64,000 nucleotides of DNA, taken from positions 50,941,288 to 51,005,287 of the forward strand of contig NC_068998.1 in NCBI RefSeq assembly GCF_001194135.2, written 5' to 3'. The translations under genes and the position numbers were made by a program. The DNA comes from Octopus bimaculoides (lineage: Eukaryota). Under the pieces are notes generated by a model. It ran no database searches. It saw nothing but the letters and a program-made list of their open reading frames with translations, and was not told where the DNA came from. Shown piece after piece: positions 1 to 13,070 of the stretch (positions are counted from its first letter, which is position 1; each line of letters starts with the position of its first letter).

Positions 1-56
<56 letters not shown>

Positions 57-59
57 TGT

Positions 60-262
60 GTGTCTGTGTTTGTCTCCGCACCACCATCGCTTGACAACCG
101 ATGTTGGTGTGTTTACGTCCCCGTAACTTAACGGTTCGGCAAAGGACACCGATAGAATAGGTACTAAGCTTACAAAGAATAAGTCCTGGGGTTGATTTGT
201 CCGACTAAAGGCGATGCTCCAGCATGGCCGCAGTCAAATGGCCGAAACAAATAAAAGAAGAA
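60..262 (+). mobile_element. SINE family B, 3' half
   Basis: ccaccatcgcttgacaaccgatg...aagtcctggggttgatttgtccgactaaaggcgatgctccagcatggccgcagtcaaatg matches the 3' half of the full-length copy at 44880-45318. Confidence 0.85.
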
Positions 263-269
263 AAAAAAA

Positions 270-550
270 ACAAGAGCACTCAGAGACCGCGAAGCTCCGC
301 CAAGGCAACACCAGCGTCCTCTCAACGATTAACTGGAGATGATTTTTAAAATGAGATTATCTGAAATATACTCGATTGCTCTCACAAACGAGAATACTAA
401 AAATGAACCTGACTGCGCTCAAAAATTAAACGAAAAAAATAAAGAAAAACCGGAAAAATTATCCAGAATCTTTATCTGGTTCCGGAATGACCCCAAAATC
501 TAATCAGTTCGTGCCAGACACGAGGCCAAACATCCCTGAAAGTTTCATCT
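270..550 (+). mobile_element. Possible 5' part of a non-autonomous Helentron/DINE-like element
   Basis: Starts aacaagagcactcagag in an A-run and carries ccccaaaatctaatcagttc...aagtttcatc. Class is inferred from recalled DINE/HINE architecture; no second copy in the window. Confidence 0.3.
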
Positions 551-589
551 GGTAGACGGAAACTGTGTGGAAGCCTGTAAATCTCTCTC

Positions 590-620
<31 letters not shown>

Positions 621-635
621 GTCTGTATGTATGTA

Positions 636-699
<64 letters not shown>

Positions 700-832
700 T
701 GTCTGTTTATCTATCTATCTATCTATCTATCTATCTGTCTATATATCTATCTATCCGTCTGTCTATCTGTGTTTCTTCCCACAATTGCCTTTTAGCCATT
801 GTTGGTTTGGTTACGTTCCGTAACTGAGTTGT

Positions 833-985
833 TCAGAATGCCAGTCCGTCGTAGGTTATCCATTTTACAGCTGTGAGGACCGAAGGAACGTAAAATGAAG
901 CGCTTTGCTTAAGAACACAACAATCACCATCCACTCCAGGAATCGAAACCGCGGTCTTGCGACCGTGTTTACAACATCCTATCCC
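833..985 (-). mobile_element. SINE family C-like, degenerate
   Basis: Reverse strand reads ggtcgcaagaccgcggtttcgattcctgga (B box) followed by gttcttaagcaaagcgcttcatttt, like 27382 and 53685. Confidence 0.6.
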
Positions 986-1279
986 TTGGGTTATTATCAT
1001 TTGACTGTAATAAATATACATATATATAAATAAAGTTTAAGAGTTGCAGATGAGAGAGAGAGGATAGGATGACGGAACGGAAACCGAATGATTTCCGTTT
1101 GCATTCTGTAAAGCAGCGTTATCAGATGTAATAGGATAACTTTTATGAAGAGCTTTAACTATCAGCCAAGTTATATGTATAAATACACTTGCGTTATAAT
1201 GTACTTTTAGAAGATAGATCCAAACTTTTAGCCAACACTGCGCGTGTGATTAAACTAAACACTCGACAATTGTAAACAA

Positions 1280-1600
1280 CTGCTGCCGTCTGGTGGCTCT
1301 AACGAAAGAGGTTGTGTGGTGGACTAGCTTGAAGGGTATGATGGCACAGACATTCATCTTTGGTGGAACCCTCGTTGAGTCTTTTCCCGTTTCATCTGAG
1401 AAGGTGGAGAGCATTTTGTTATCCTTGTGGGAATTTCTTGGTGGTGGGTGAAAGTAAAGAAAATGGAAGAAAATGGTAAGAGTGGGTGGCACCACTCTAA
1501 GTATATGTCTAAGTCTGAGAGCACACTTTCGAGAGGGCACTTGCTCTTGGAGTTCAAGGAGATCTTGGATAGTGGGGCTCCGAGACTGGCCCATGAACCA
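1280..1600 (+). mobile_element. Tx1-like (L1 clade) LINE, degenerate ORF2 C-terminus and 3' end
   Basis: Manual translation CRLVALTKEVVWWTSLKG...FIFGGTLVESF / FHLRR / WVKV..MVRVGG aligns with the 19150 fragment and the Tx1-type C-terminal pattern L..AK..VW..R...F..FHL...F..RW. Frameshifted. Confidence 0.5.
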
Positions 1601-1832
1601 CGTATATTAGAAGGATCACATCATCACCAATATTTTTTATATACTTATACCAATATTACGTACGTCTTATATTTTTTTTTCCTTCTTAAACAAGGTATTC
1701 TTCTGAATGTCTTTTATAATTTCATGTTACTTTTGAGATCATTCGATTCTATGTGAGGCTTCACACTTTGTCTTTGTCATCGCATCGTCCCTCATTTTCC
1801 GTCGCTCTGGTAGCAAGTAAAAGAAATCATCG

Positions 1833-1867
<35 letters not shown>

Positions 1868-2050
1868 GCCATCATTACCTGCTACGTTCGTATGTATGTA
1901 TATACAATAGAGAGAGGAAGTTTACTAGAGTTCGGTACGATTTTTTTTCGACTAATTCCTTCAAGACGATGCTTCCAGAATAGTCGCAGTCTAATGATTG
2001 AAACAGGTAAAAGATAAAAGATGCATATATACATATATGTATGTATATAA

Positions 2051-2120
<70 letters not shown>

Positions 2121-2223
2121 NNNNNNNNNNNNNNNNNNNNNNNNNNNNNNNNNNNNNNNNNNNNNNNNNNNNNNNNNNNNNNNNNNNNNNNNNNNNNNNN
2201 NNNNNNNNNNNNNNNNNNNNNNN

Positions 2224-2275
<52 letters not shown>

Positions 2276-2682
2276 GTGTGTGTGTGTGCGTGTATATATA
2301 TATATGTATGTATGTATGAACATGAATGCATCCATATTGGTACGATAACAATGTTTATATCGTTTGCCAGTACAAACATACAAACACAAACACACACTCG
2401 TATAAACCTTCAAGTTTTATTTTCTCTTAGTTTTGCAGTATTTCTTCATGCGAAAACGTGGGCTTGCAGCAGAAATTGTTATACCCGAGGAGGGTCACGC
2501 TGCGAATAAAAACACAAACACTTGGCAACATAAACAACGCTAAACAACGCTAAGCAGCATAAGAATAATATCGGCTGCAGAACAGGAATCACTTGAGAAG
2601 GTTACAAATGTGTAATAAAAATATTTTGACGAACCTAAACTGAACAAGATAATTCAGAATTAATGGATTAGTAAACGATACA

Positions 2683-2863
2683 CTGTATTTTAACGTGTAT
2701 AAGGAACCATCTTGTTTAAGGGACCCTTAATATTTTGGGCTTAAAATTTTGAAAAAAAAAGGCTTTGTAAGGGATTATAATACTATCCATGTATAAGAAA
2801 CTCCCATATTTTTTAATCTAATTTTTGAAAAAAAAAGGGTTACTTATATACGTTAAAATACGG
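2683..2863. mobile_element. MITE with 21-bp TIRs (Tc2/pogo-like CCGTATT terminus)
   Basis: ctgtattttaacgtgtataag (2683-2703) versus cttatatacgttaaaatacgg (2843-2863): 19/21 inverted match. Right flank TA, left flank CA. Confidence 0.7.
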
Positions 2864-3435
2864 TAGATGCGTGGTGAGTAATTGCTTGACAATTATATGG
2901 TTCTGGGTTCAGACCACCTCTAAGACCCATTTCACTTTAAGAAACATCTTACAGTGGGTCTCCGCATACCTTAATGTCTCCTAAGGTCAGCAAGGGAGAC
3001 TTTAAGTCAATATCCACATCGACCACAAGTCCAGCAACAGCCCGACAATTTGGATGTTGGGGACCTATAATGCCGAGTGAGTCTACTGGCTGACTCACAC
3101 ACACTCTGCTGCACAAGGTACACGAGAGAAAACATGTTGGGTATCACATTGGTGGGAGAGGGTCGCCTCCGTGAGGGCACTTGAGGTTGTGTAGGCCTGT
3201 CCAGCGTCTCGAGCGATACCAACAACAATATTTGCGTAATAACCTGAAGGATTTATGGAGATCTCATGTCCCTGTTAGGAGAGTACTCCAGCTGGCGAAA
3301 GTAACGAGTATCGAGTACATGGTTATGAAACACTTAGAAACTTAACCACTTACGTACATACTCATGTGCGTACATAGATACGTACGTACGTACCTACCTA
3401 CCTATCTACATATTTCCCTCCGCCCTACATATGTA

Positions 3436-3480
<45 letters not shown>

Positions 3481-3988
3481 NNNNNNNNNNNNNNNNNNNN
3501 NNNNNNNNNNNNNNNNNNNNNNNNNNNNNNNNNNNNNNNNNNNNNNNNNNNNNNNNNNNNNNNNNNNNNNNNNNNNNNNNNNNNNNNNNNNNNNNNNNNN
3601 NNNNNNNNNNNNNNNNNNNNNNNNNNNNNNNNNNNNNNNNNNNNNNNNNNNNNNNNNNNNNNNNNNNNNNNNNNNNNNNNNNNNNNNNNNNNNNNNNNNN
3701 NNNNNNNNNNNNNNNNNNNNNNNNNNNNNNNNNNNNNNNNNNNNNNNNNNNNNNNNNNNNNNNNNNNNNNNNNNNNNNNNNNNNNNNNNNNNNNNNNNNN
3801 NNNNNNNNNNNNNNNNNNNNNNNNNNNNNNNNNNNNNNNNNNNNNNNNNNNNNNNNNNNNNNNNNNNNNNNNNNNNNNNNNNNNNNNNNNNNNNNNNNNN
3901 NNNNNNNNNNNNNNNNNNNNNNNNNNNNNNNNNNNNNNNNNNNNNNNNNNNNNNNNNNNNNNNNNNNNNNNNNNNNNNNNNNNNNNNN

Positions 3989-4290
3989 CAGGACTTATTC
4001 TTTGTAAGCCTGGTACTTATTCTATCGGGCTCTTTTGCCGAACCGCTAAGTTACGGGGACGTAAGCACACCAGCATCGGTTGTCAAGCGATGGGGGGGGG
4101 GGCAATAACAGACACACAAACACACACATATATATATACATATGCATATATACGACGGGCTTCTTTCAGTTTCGGTCTACCAAATCCACTCACAAGGCTT
4201 TGGTCGGCCCGTGGCTATAGTAGAAGACAATTGCCCAAGGTGCCACGCAGTGGGAATGAACCCGGAACCATGTGGTTGGTAAGCAAGCTA
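3989..4290 (-). mobile_element. SINE family B, near full length
   Basis: Reverse complement of the 44880 copy, including head (ttgcccaaggtgccacgcagtgggaatgaacccggaaccatgtgg) and body. Confidence 0.9.
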
Positions 4291-5934
4291 AAGTTAAAGA
4301 TATGCTAAATGTATGAACAAATGAGAAACAGACACAGATGGTTTCCAGCTTCTTATCAGTTGTCGGTCAGAGGGTCAACCGCAATTTCGTGCCTAATACA
4401 CACACGCACACGCACACACACACACGCAAACACACACACACTCATGTATGTATATATATGTATATATACGTATATGCATACACACATATATATATACACT
4501 CATATATGCATATATATGTATATGTATATATGTACTTATATATACACACATACACTTGCTTGTTGTTTTGATGTTTAGAACCAAAATTACATTGAATATT
4601 AGTAACAATGGGGCTGTTGGAGGAGAAAATTAGTCTAAAAAATGTCACATAATCTGATCGCTTTTCTTAACACGAAAAGTTAAATTCTCGAATACTGCCC
4701 TCCAGAGCGAAACTTTGTTTTGACGACGACGTGATCATGTCTATATTTGAACCAGAAAAAATGTGGACCCAGCTCGCACAATTCATCCAATGGATAGCAT
4801 CAATCCATGGGGAATAATCCTTCCTTCACTCAAATAAAATTTTTCATTAAAATCTCGCTCCGTCCTTTTACTACAACCGAACCAATCTTGCAGCATAAAA
4901 GAGGCGATGCATTTCCTTTCAGCGTGTCATACTTCAGGCTAGAGATTCGATTTCGTTTCAGAAGAGACTCGAGTGCACGGCATTGATAAGATTTGGCTAC
5001 TGTTTCTAGCATGCCCTGCTACAACTTAACAGCTATTTGCGTTCACACCGAAATATTTACTAACTTTTTCCCTTCCATTTATTTTTTCCACTTTATGGAA
5101 GTTAATATTCTCTCTGTTGACATTCAGCTCAGCGTGGTCACAGATCAGGTGGAAATACATCAATCACTGTTCCCTCTTGACAGGACAAAGAAATTTCCCG
5201 TTGTCTTCACAAGCAACAAGCGGGTGCATTTGGTTTCAAATCCAGGCAGGGCCAAACGAGGTCCTACAAGTTATCTATAATAATAAACGGCGTTATATCG
5301 GGCTTGAAAGAACCACGCGCACAATATTAAATATGCTAAGACAATCTGAGAACAATAAAAACTTTTAAATGTTTACTGGCTTTTATGAAATCTTTGGGTT
5401 AACGGACTTTAGTTAACGGAAGCTAAATGTAACGGAAGTTAATATTTCCGATAGTGATTTTCAAAGTTAACTTAAAAGTTAAATCGTTAACGAAAATGTT
5501 AATTAACGATTAACGGATTGACGGACGTATGCCCAGCTCTGCTTATAAGCATATGTACTTTTATACACACATATACATACATTCATACATATACATGCAA
5601 ATATAAATAAGAATAGAATTGTAAGGTAATCCAAAATTAAATAAATAAATACATATATAAGAAAATAAAGACCCAGTAACCAGATTCGAACCATATACCT
5701 TTCGCTTGTCATTGCAAATTAAAACTGCTGTTTTCCTTTAGGAAATCAGTATTAGTCATTTGCTTGTGTCTTTCTATTCCTTGGGTTAATTCTCGCATAA
5801 GCATCGAACGAAGCCGTTGGTGCTGTTGTTTCATCGCAGGCAGGCCAGATATAATCAAATCGTTTCATTAATCGTTTCATTATATTTTATTTTCAGATAA
5901 TCAATGCAGAAAGACTATATCATCGAATGTGATA

Positions 5935-6200
5935 TGAAGAGGAACTAGGCTGATATTTCTAGTTGGTTCAACGACTCTGCTGAGTCTCTCTCATTCTCTC
6001 TCTCTAGTTATGATATATTGTTACGTTGGACATTAGCAGAAATAACCGGTCCTGACAGCACGCTAAATATCTGTCAGATGGTCACACAATTATGATAAAA
6101 GCATTTTCAGCCATGCCCATCCATACTTAATTTCAAACAATGCAGCTAGGATTACATTATCCAATGAATCATTCTCATTTGAAATGCTTAGGTGTGACGT
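5935..6200 (+). repeat. Dispersed repeat family E, degenerate pieces
   Basis: aggctgatatttctagttgg and gataaaagcattttcagccatgcccatcc match motifs of the copies at 9325, 16618 and 53492. Confidence 0.4.
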
Positions 6201-7039
6201 CCTTCCATATAGAGATTGAACAACTTTTGTTCATAAATATCTATATCAGCAGATCAAAATACCACCCCATTAATTTGTATATAAACAAGCTTTTAATTGC
6301 CGTATAGCTAGTCACCTGAAAATCGGGAACGAGCAACTCTGAGTTGAGACTTAAGCGGACTCATCTTTGAATACGTAGTGTTATTCCACTATACATAACA
6401 GCATAAAGAATTTTCTGCGCTTAATTATTCGGGAAACCATCCAACACCTATTCATATTTATATTCTTATCTTGCAACAGATGGAAGGGAAAGGAAATTGG
6501 TTGAATTTTATGAGTGTCAATGTTTGTACATAAGTATAGGAATTCATGTATCTGAAAGTTGTTTTGCTGTTCTTGTTGTTGTTAATTAACTTCCACCAAA
6601 TTGTGTTGCACTAATTGTTCTGATTATTTGCATTTTGACAGCAAATTTTTCTCAAGATCACTTTTGCCTTTCAGCCATCTGGATTCAATGAAATAATATA
6701 TTCGTCCAAGACTAAAACCTTAAACAAATTACTTTGCGGCATTTGTTCTGAATTCATCTGTTATGACGCTGATAGCAAGCTGTATTCGTCCAGGCTTCTT
6801 CCTTGCACGACGTCGGCGGCGTGGAGGTAGGAAACTTTCAATATCTATACTATGAATAAGAAGGCTGCTATTTAATTAGTTATGAGTTTGTAACTTTTAC
6901 TTAAAGAAAAGGGTTATTAAAGTCTATGCAATCTAGTATTATGGACAGTGACCTCGAAGTTTTTTCAGTAGTTAGAACACTACATACGGAAGACGATATT
7001 TAATAATGATATTTCTCTGTTTGTCTGTCTATATGTTCG

Positions 7040-7175
<136 letters not shown>

Positions 7176-7539
7176 TTACAAGTTTCTCTTTTCACCACTT
7201 CTTCCCCTTCACTCCAGCTACCTCTCTCTTTCTCATCCCTTCTCTCCCTCCCTCGCTTTCTCCATCCCCCTCTTTCTCTCACTCTCGGTCCTATAATAAA
7301 TTGAGGAACAAACATGGCAACCATTTCTTGCCGCTCGATCTACGACGCAAAGGCTTGCTCATTGGCTTGCAAACAGTTCGAGGCTGGGAAATGGCGTAAG
7401 AGTCCGTCGTTGGTGGGGATGTTAGTGAAGGCGGAGGGGGAAGAAACAGGTCGTCCGTCTATACAGGGATATCAGGAAGCTGAATGGAAGATAAGTGATG
7501 GAGTGTTCCAGACACTGATGGATTTATGGATGGTGTGTG

Positions 7540-7872
7540 GATGGGTGGAGGGGTAGGATGAAGGGGGAAGAAATGTATAGAGGTGAGGAGGTGAGGGATA
7601 TAAGTAGGAGGGAAAGGCGAGAAGTCGGGAGGGGAAGAGGGAGAGGGAGAGAAGGAGAGAAGGAGAGGGGAGAGGAGAGAGGGGAAGAAAGAGAGAAATA
7701 GGGAAATCAAGAGAGCCAGAAAGTGAGAAGAGAGAGAGAGATGGAAAGAAGCATAAAGAAGGTAACAGAACTAGTAAGAGACATACATACATGCATACAG
7801 ACAGACAAACAGACTGACCAGCAGGTAGGTAGGTAGGTAGGTAGGTAGGTAGGTAGGTAGGTAGATAGACAG

Positions 7873-7933
<61 letters not shown>

Positions 7934-8085
7934 GACAGACAGGTAGACAGATAGATAGATATGTATACAGGTAGATAGATTGATAGACATATAGATAAAT
8001 AGATAGATAAATAGATAGAGATACACAGACAAACAGGTAGATAGATGAGATAGAAATATATACATATACATCTATATACATATAC

Positions 8086-8127
<42 letters not shown>
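7540..8127. repeat. Purine-rich tract with compound (GGTA)n/(GATA)n/(GA)n/(TA)n microsatellites
   Basis: Direct reading. Confidence 0.9.
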
Positions 8128-8420
8128 NNNNNNNNNNNNNNNNNNNNNNNNNNNNNNNNNNNNNNNNNNNNNNNNNNNNNNNNNNNNNNNNNNNNNNNNN
8201 NNNNNNNNNNNNNNNNNNNNNNNNNNNNNNNNNNNNNNNNNNNNNNNNNNNNNNNNNNNNNNNNNNNNNNNNNNNNNNNNNNNNNNNNNNNNNNNNNNNN
8301 NNNNNNNNNNNNNNNNNNNNNNNNNNNNNNNNNNNNNNNNNNNNNNNNNNNNNNNNNNNNNNNNNNNNNNNNNNNNNNNNNNNNNNNNNNNNNNNNNNNN
8401 NNNNNNNNNNNNNNNNNNNN

Positions 8421-8461
<41 letters not shown>

Positions 8462-8970
8462 TAGATAGATAGATAGATAGATAGAGTGAGTGAGTGGGCG
8501 AGATGATGTAAAAGTTAAATAATGTAAAGCGTAAGTGAAACAGTAAAGGGATATGAGGGTTGTAGGAGGAGAGAGATAAGATGAAAGTGAAACTGTGTGG
8601 AAAGGATGATGAAAATTGATGTAAATTAAAGAGGAAAGAAACAAAGAGCAGAGTTTGATGAAGCAAATGAAATGGGGAAGCAGACAAGCGTTTGTAAAGA
8701 GACGGAAGGGGAGGGATGGAGCTGAAGGTATCGGTTAGAACATGACAAATGGTAAGACAAGACTAAGTTGGTTGATAAGAGAGTGACACTTGAGAGATTA
8801 TTTATGTATGCAAACAGATATATTCATAAATAATCCTTCATGTGTGTGTGTGTGTTTCGTTCTAAGTTCAGATTGAACCAAATCCAAAGTGCGTTTTCAC
8901 TTTAAGTTATGGAGATAACTTGTACAGCAAATACTTATTAAGAAGCAGATTTATCGTTTTTTCCTTTCAT

Positions 8971-9235
8971 TTCATCATCATCATCAATCATCATCGTTTA
9001 ACGTCCGTTTTCCATGCTGGCATGGGTTGGACGGTTCGACTGGAGTCTGGGAAGCCAGGAGGCTGCACCAGGCCCCTGTCTGATCTAGCAGTGTTTCTAC
9101 AGCTGGATGCCCTTCCTAACGCCAACCACTCCGAGAGTGTAGTGGGTGTTTTTTCCGTGCCACCGGCACAGGAGCCGGATGAGGCTGGCAACGACCACAA
9201 TCGGTTGGTGCTTTTTACGTGCCACCGGCACAGAA
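8971..9235 (-). mobile_element. SINE-like family D with (GAT)n tail
   Basis: Reverse strand ggttggcgttaggaagggcatccagctgtagaaac...ccaacccatgccagcatggaaaacggacgttaaacgatgatg ends in a trinucleotide tail typical of retroposons. The gaagggcatcc motif recalls a conserved invertebrate SINE domain (inference). Confidence 0.6.
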
Positions 9236-9324
9236 TGCCTGCCTTGACTAAAGAAGGCAGGCATTGTGCTCTACGTCTTCTTGTCTTCATCGTTTCACTT
9301 CACTCAACGAGTCAACGCAACGAA

Positions 9325-9535
9325 GAAGCCATTATTAGTCGTTCGATCTGCTAGAAGTAGCAGTCGAATCTATCACACAGCATACGCCCTCGTCATAAAA
9401 ATGGAAGGACGCATTAAATCTAGTCATAGATATATTATACCTGATATTGGGGTGGGGTGAAGGAAATCGGGATGGTTACGGTTGGCATGTCTTTGGATCA
9501 TAGCTTTGCTTGATCAAAGCTCACCTGAGATAAAA
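9325..9535 (-). repeat. Dispersed repeat family E (unclassified)
   Basis: Reverse complement caggtgagctttgatcaagcaaagctatgatccaaagacatgccaaccgtaaccatccc...gactgctacttctagcagatcgaacgac matches 16618-16795. Confidence 0.7.
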
Positions 9536-9686
9536 TCATGATTCTCTCTGTTTGCTCTTTCTCTCTCCCCCTCCCCCTCTTCTCTTTCTCTTGTTCTCTT
9601 GCCCCCCTCTCTCTCATGCAATTTCTGTCTGTCTCTGTCTGCCCCTCTCCCTATTTCTTCGACTCTCTCTCCCTTTCCCCATCTCT

Positions 9687-9727
<41 letters not shown>

Positions 9728-9954
9728 ACCCTCTACTCTCTCTTTCTCTATTCCCCCTCCCCCTCTCTCTCTTCTCTCTCTCTCATGTATTCAAAAATTG
9801 TTGGCTCTATTTTGAAACAGTAATGCGATCACCTTCTATTTCCGTTTTGCCACTCTTAGGGTGACGCAGTGCAAAAGATGCTGGGATGTATCGGGTAAGT
9901 TGAGCTGTGGGTGGCATGGAATGGAAAAATTCTTGAGTAGTTGTTATTAATTTT

Positions 9955-10150
9955 ATTGTTTAGCCATGAGTCAGCTCCAATTCAGCAGATCTACTTATTA
10001 ACAAAGAACTTCCAACAGTAATTCACGCGGGTTTTATTTGTTTTGCAATGTACATCTGGGAGACTTAGTTGAAAGTGTCCTTCCTTTTTTATAAGTTAGT
10101 AAGTGAAGATTTGAGGAAAGCTAGCTGCTATTTTTAGCAAGCCAAGCCAC
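9955..10150 (+). repeat. Dispersed repeat family E
   Basis: tgtttagccatgagtcagctccaattcagcagatctac...aaagaacttccaac...agctgctatttttagcaag. Confidence 0.6.
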
Positions 10151-10297
10151 CATACTAAGGTATTCTTGCTTAGACTATGGTCATCTTTGATTGAAATGAT
10201 ACATGTTCAACGCCGCCCCAGGCGTAGCCATCCCGGCCTATCTTTTTTTTTTATGATGAGAGAGTGTGATTTGAAAGAATTCAACTATCATTTCTTA

Positions 10298-10526
10298 TTT
10301 CTTTATTGCCCACAAGGAGCTAAACATAGAAGGGACAAACAAGGACAGACAAAGAGATTAAGTCGATTACATCGACCCCAGTGCGTAACTGGTACTTAAT
10401 TTATCGACCCCGAAAGGATGAAAGGTAAAGTCGACCTCGGCAGAATTTGAACTCAGAACGTAACGGCAGACGAAATACCGCTAAACATTTCGCCCAGCGT
10501 GCTAACGTTTCCGCCAGCTTGCCGGC
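10298..10526 (-). mobile_element. SINE family A, tail variant A2
   Basis: tRNA-like head (A box agctggcggaaacgttagc, B box gagttcaaattc), body gtcgactttacctttcatcctttcggggtcgat, tail ending ttgtgggcaataaagaaata. Confidence 0.9.
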
Positions 10527-11279
10527 TTCAACTGTTATTTCTAACATGTCAAACGATAGCGTTTCATGTTTGCTTGTTTTTTTTTTTGTAGTTTTATTCT
10601 TCTTCTGTAAATTATATTTATTACTTTGGGAATTTGAATTAATTTTACACATTTTCAGATATATGATGACGCGGCGCGCCAGGTAGAAAAAGATAACGAA
10701 TGAAATTATCTGATTGCTTAGTGCATCACCGGATTTTTCTTCTAGCTATATTTCTTCCAGCGGAATTTGGACTTCAAAACATTAACCCCGAAATTAGATA
10801 ACCCTATTGCCCAACTTACCATCCGCAAAACTCATTTAAGCGGCAATCATACACTAAAAGTTTCGCATTAACTTCACCTTGGCAATAATATTGGATTTTC
10901 CCTCAAGCAAAAGGATTTTTATTTTTTTATTTTTTTGGTTTTAAGAGTATTAATCCATTCGAACTATAGTCGAATAACCGATTTTTTTAATTACTAAAAG
11001 ATCGATACAAAAGGGGTGAAGGTTGAGGAGTGGGATGCGAATAATCATATACACAAAGGCAGCAATATTAGCGACAGGGAAAATCCCGATGGAGCCATCT
11101 GCATGTTAAATGCAAATGTAGAATAAATAAATACGTAATACATCAATCGCAATATTTCGACGGAATAACATTATCGAAGTCGGAACTGTTACAAGCTAAG
11201 AAGAAAAAAAAGTAAAGAAAAACAACAAGCAAGGGAGGTAACCCCATAAAGACCAAATAAGTGAAATTTGTGGGAAATA

Positions 11280-11620
11280 TCAGGTCATCCCATAAGTTCT
11301 GTCCGAATTTTGAATAAAGAAAACAAGAAATCAAATGTTATATTTAAGTGAAAATTAATCATCAATATACTTTCCCTGATTATGTATGACTTCCTTCCAT
11401 CTATTCAAGCATTCTTTCCCATAAACTGAGTATATATTTCGAGTCACATCGGCTGCAGAGTTTCCTTTTTTATACTCATAAAGTATTATGTACCTCAAAT
11501 GCTGTTTGGATACTTCCATGTTAGAAAGGATTTTAATCAAAGAAATTTTAATTCTATTATTGTGTAAAATAATATTTAATTAGTATATATGTACACAAAT
11601 GTATAGAAATAATTTTTAAT
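11280..11620 (-). mobile_element. Internally deleted mariner element (mini-mariner) with one visible TIR
   Basis: TA + tcaggtcatcccataagttctgtccg at 11278-11305 resembles a mariner TIR. ORF 11355-11519 encodes a mariner N-terminus fused to a mariner C-terminus. Confidence 0.8.
11355..11519 (-). pseudogene. 54-aa mariner transposase N/C fusion ORF
   Basis: MEVSKQHLRYIILYEYKKGNSAADVTRNIYSVYGKECLN (Mos1-type HTH1 start) joined to RWKEVIHNQGKYIDD* (typical mariner terminal RW.KV....GKY motif). Confidence 0.75.
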
Positions 11621-12125
11621 TCCATTAGACATTCTAAAAATCTATTAAATTTCATTCAATTTTAAAATATATATATNNNNNNNNNNNNNNTATATATATA
11701 TATATATATATATATGCATCTAAAAGTGCTGTAATTGCTTGAAGCATTGAAACGTATAAATGGTATAAATGTTTAAAACAGACCTTTGAACATTGCAGGT
11801 GAAATGTTAGGTAAAATATATAAAGTGATACCAGTACCTGGAAGCAAAGATAAAAGGTTTCAAATTACCTAACATAGGTTGCTTAATGATTGTTTTGATA
11901 TTTCGGGTGAAAGCAAAAATGTTCGGAGAGAAAGGTGTTGCACCCAAAAGGTCATTTTAGTGTGTTGTTTTCTTATGCTCCACCCACAATGAACATAAGC
12001 TTTTTCAGACATTCATATCCACGCACAAACACATATAGACGCACATACACACACATATAAATATATGCACACATACACACACGTACGTATATATACACAC
12101 AGACGTAAAACAGTCACACACATAC

Positions 12126-12175
12126 ACTAGCGTAGCTAGGGTGGGGCGATAGGGCTGGTCCGCCCCGGGCGGCAT
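12126..12175 (+). mobile_element. Possible hAT-type MITE terminus remnant
   Basis: GC-rich gcgtagctagggtggggcgatagggctggtccgccccggg resembles CAGTGGCGTAGC-type termini; no partner end seen. Confidence 0.25.
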
Positions 12176-12926
12176 ACACACTAGCTACTCTTGTGCTCGC
12201 ATATGTGTATAGGCCACTCAGATTTGTATTGCATTTTTATTGTATTACTGTATTTACATAGACTGTTTAAGCATCCTATAATATTTCAGGAAAGATTCCC
12301 CTATCCAAATACAAGAAAACAATCAAAACGTTCGGAGAAATGTGTTGTTACTAACAGGTCTTTTTTCAATACGAAACATCAGATTATTTTAATCAAAGAA
12401 ATCCAGAAGTTTATGGCTTGGCTGCTCTATTTCATGGGTCTCTTCGATCAAGTTTATCCGGGGGTTAAGAAACAACAACATGAGTAAATACTTTATCGAT
12501 TGGCATAAGTCTTTGTTGTATTCGTTGGTAATATCGACTTCGATGGAATTTGTGCAGAGATTATGTTTAATGCTGTTAAGCTCTATGGTATTATTGTTTT
12601 TTGTTTTTTTTTTAGTTTATCGATGATTAGCGGCCATAAATCATAACACGTAAAAACGTTAAGATAGTTCATTAAGTGATTGATAATTATAAATAAATAA
12701 ACTGGCAGTCACAGGTACACGCACACACACACACACACACACGTGTCAGTGTGTGTGAGGTTGTACGTTAATAGCGCGCGCGCGCGCGGTTGCTGCAGCG
12801 TCGCCACAGCCTTAGGGCTGAAATGCATAACAGAATATGTATATACATATAAACAAATACATAGATATGAATATATGTAAATCATACGTACACGCATTCA
12901 TGCAGCGTACATAACATGTGTGTGTG

Positions 12927-12957
<31 letters not shown>

Positions 12958-13012
12958 GTACATGTATCTATATGTATTTATATATAGGTATGTATGTATA
13001 TGTGTATGTGTG

Positions 13013-13070
<58 letters not shown>

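Noticed and set aside
2990-3300. GC-balanced stretch that may be a LINE remnant (MLGITL-like peptide)
   Set aside because: Stops in all frames and no diagnostic motif; cannot be classified without a search.
4680-5330. Unique stretch with several short ORFs
   Set aside because: No recognisable domain or consistent splice signals.
7627-7647. Canonical G-quadruplex motif gggaggggaagagggagaggg
   Set aside because: A by-product of the purine-rich low-complexity tract, with no independent support.
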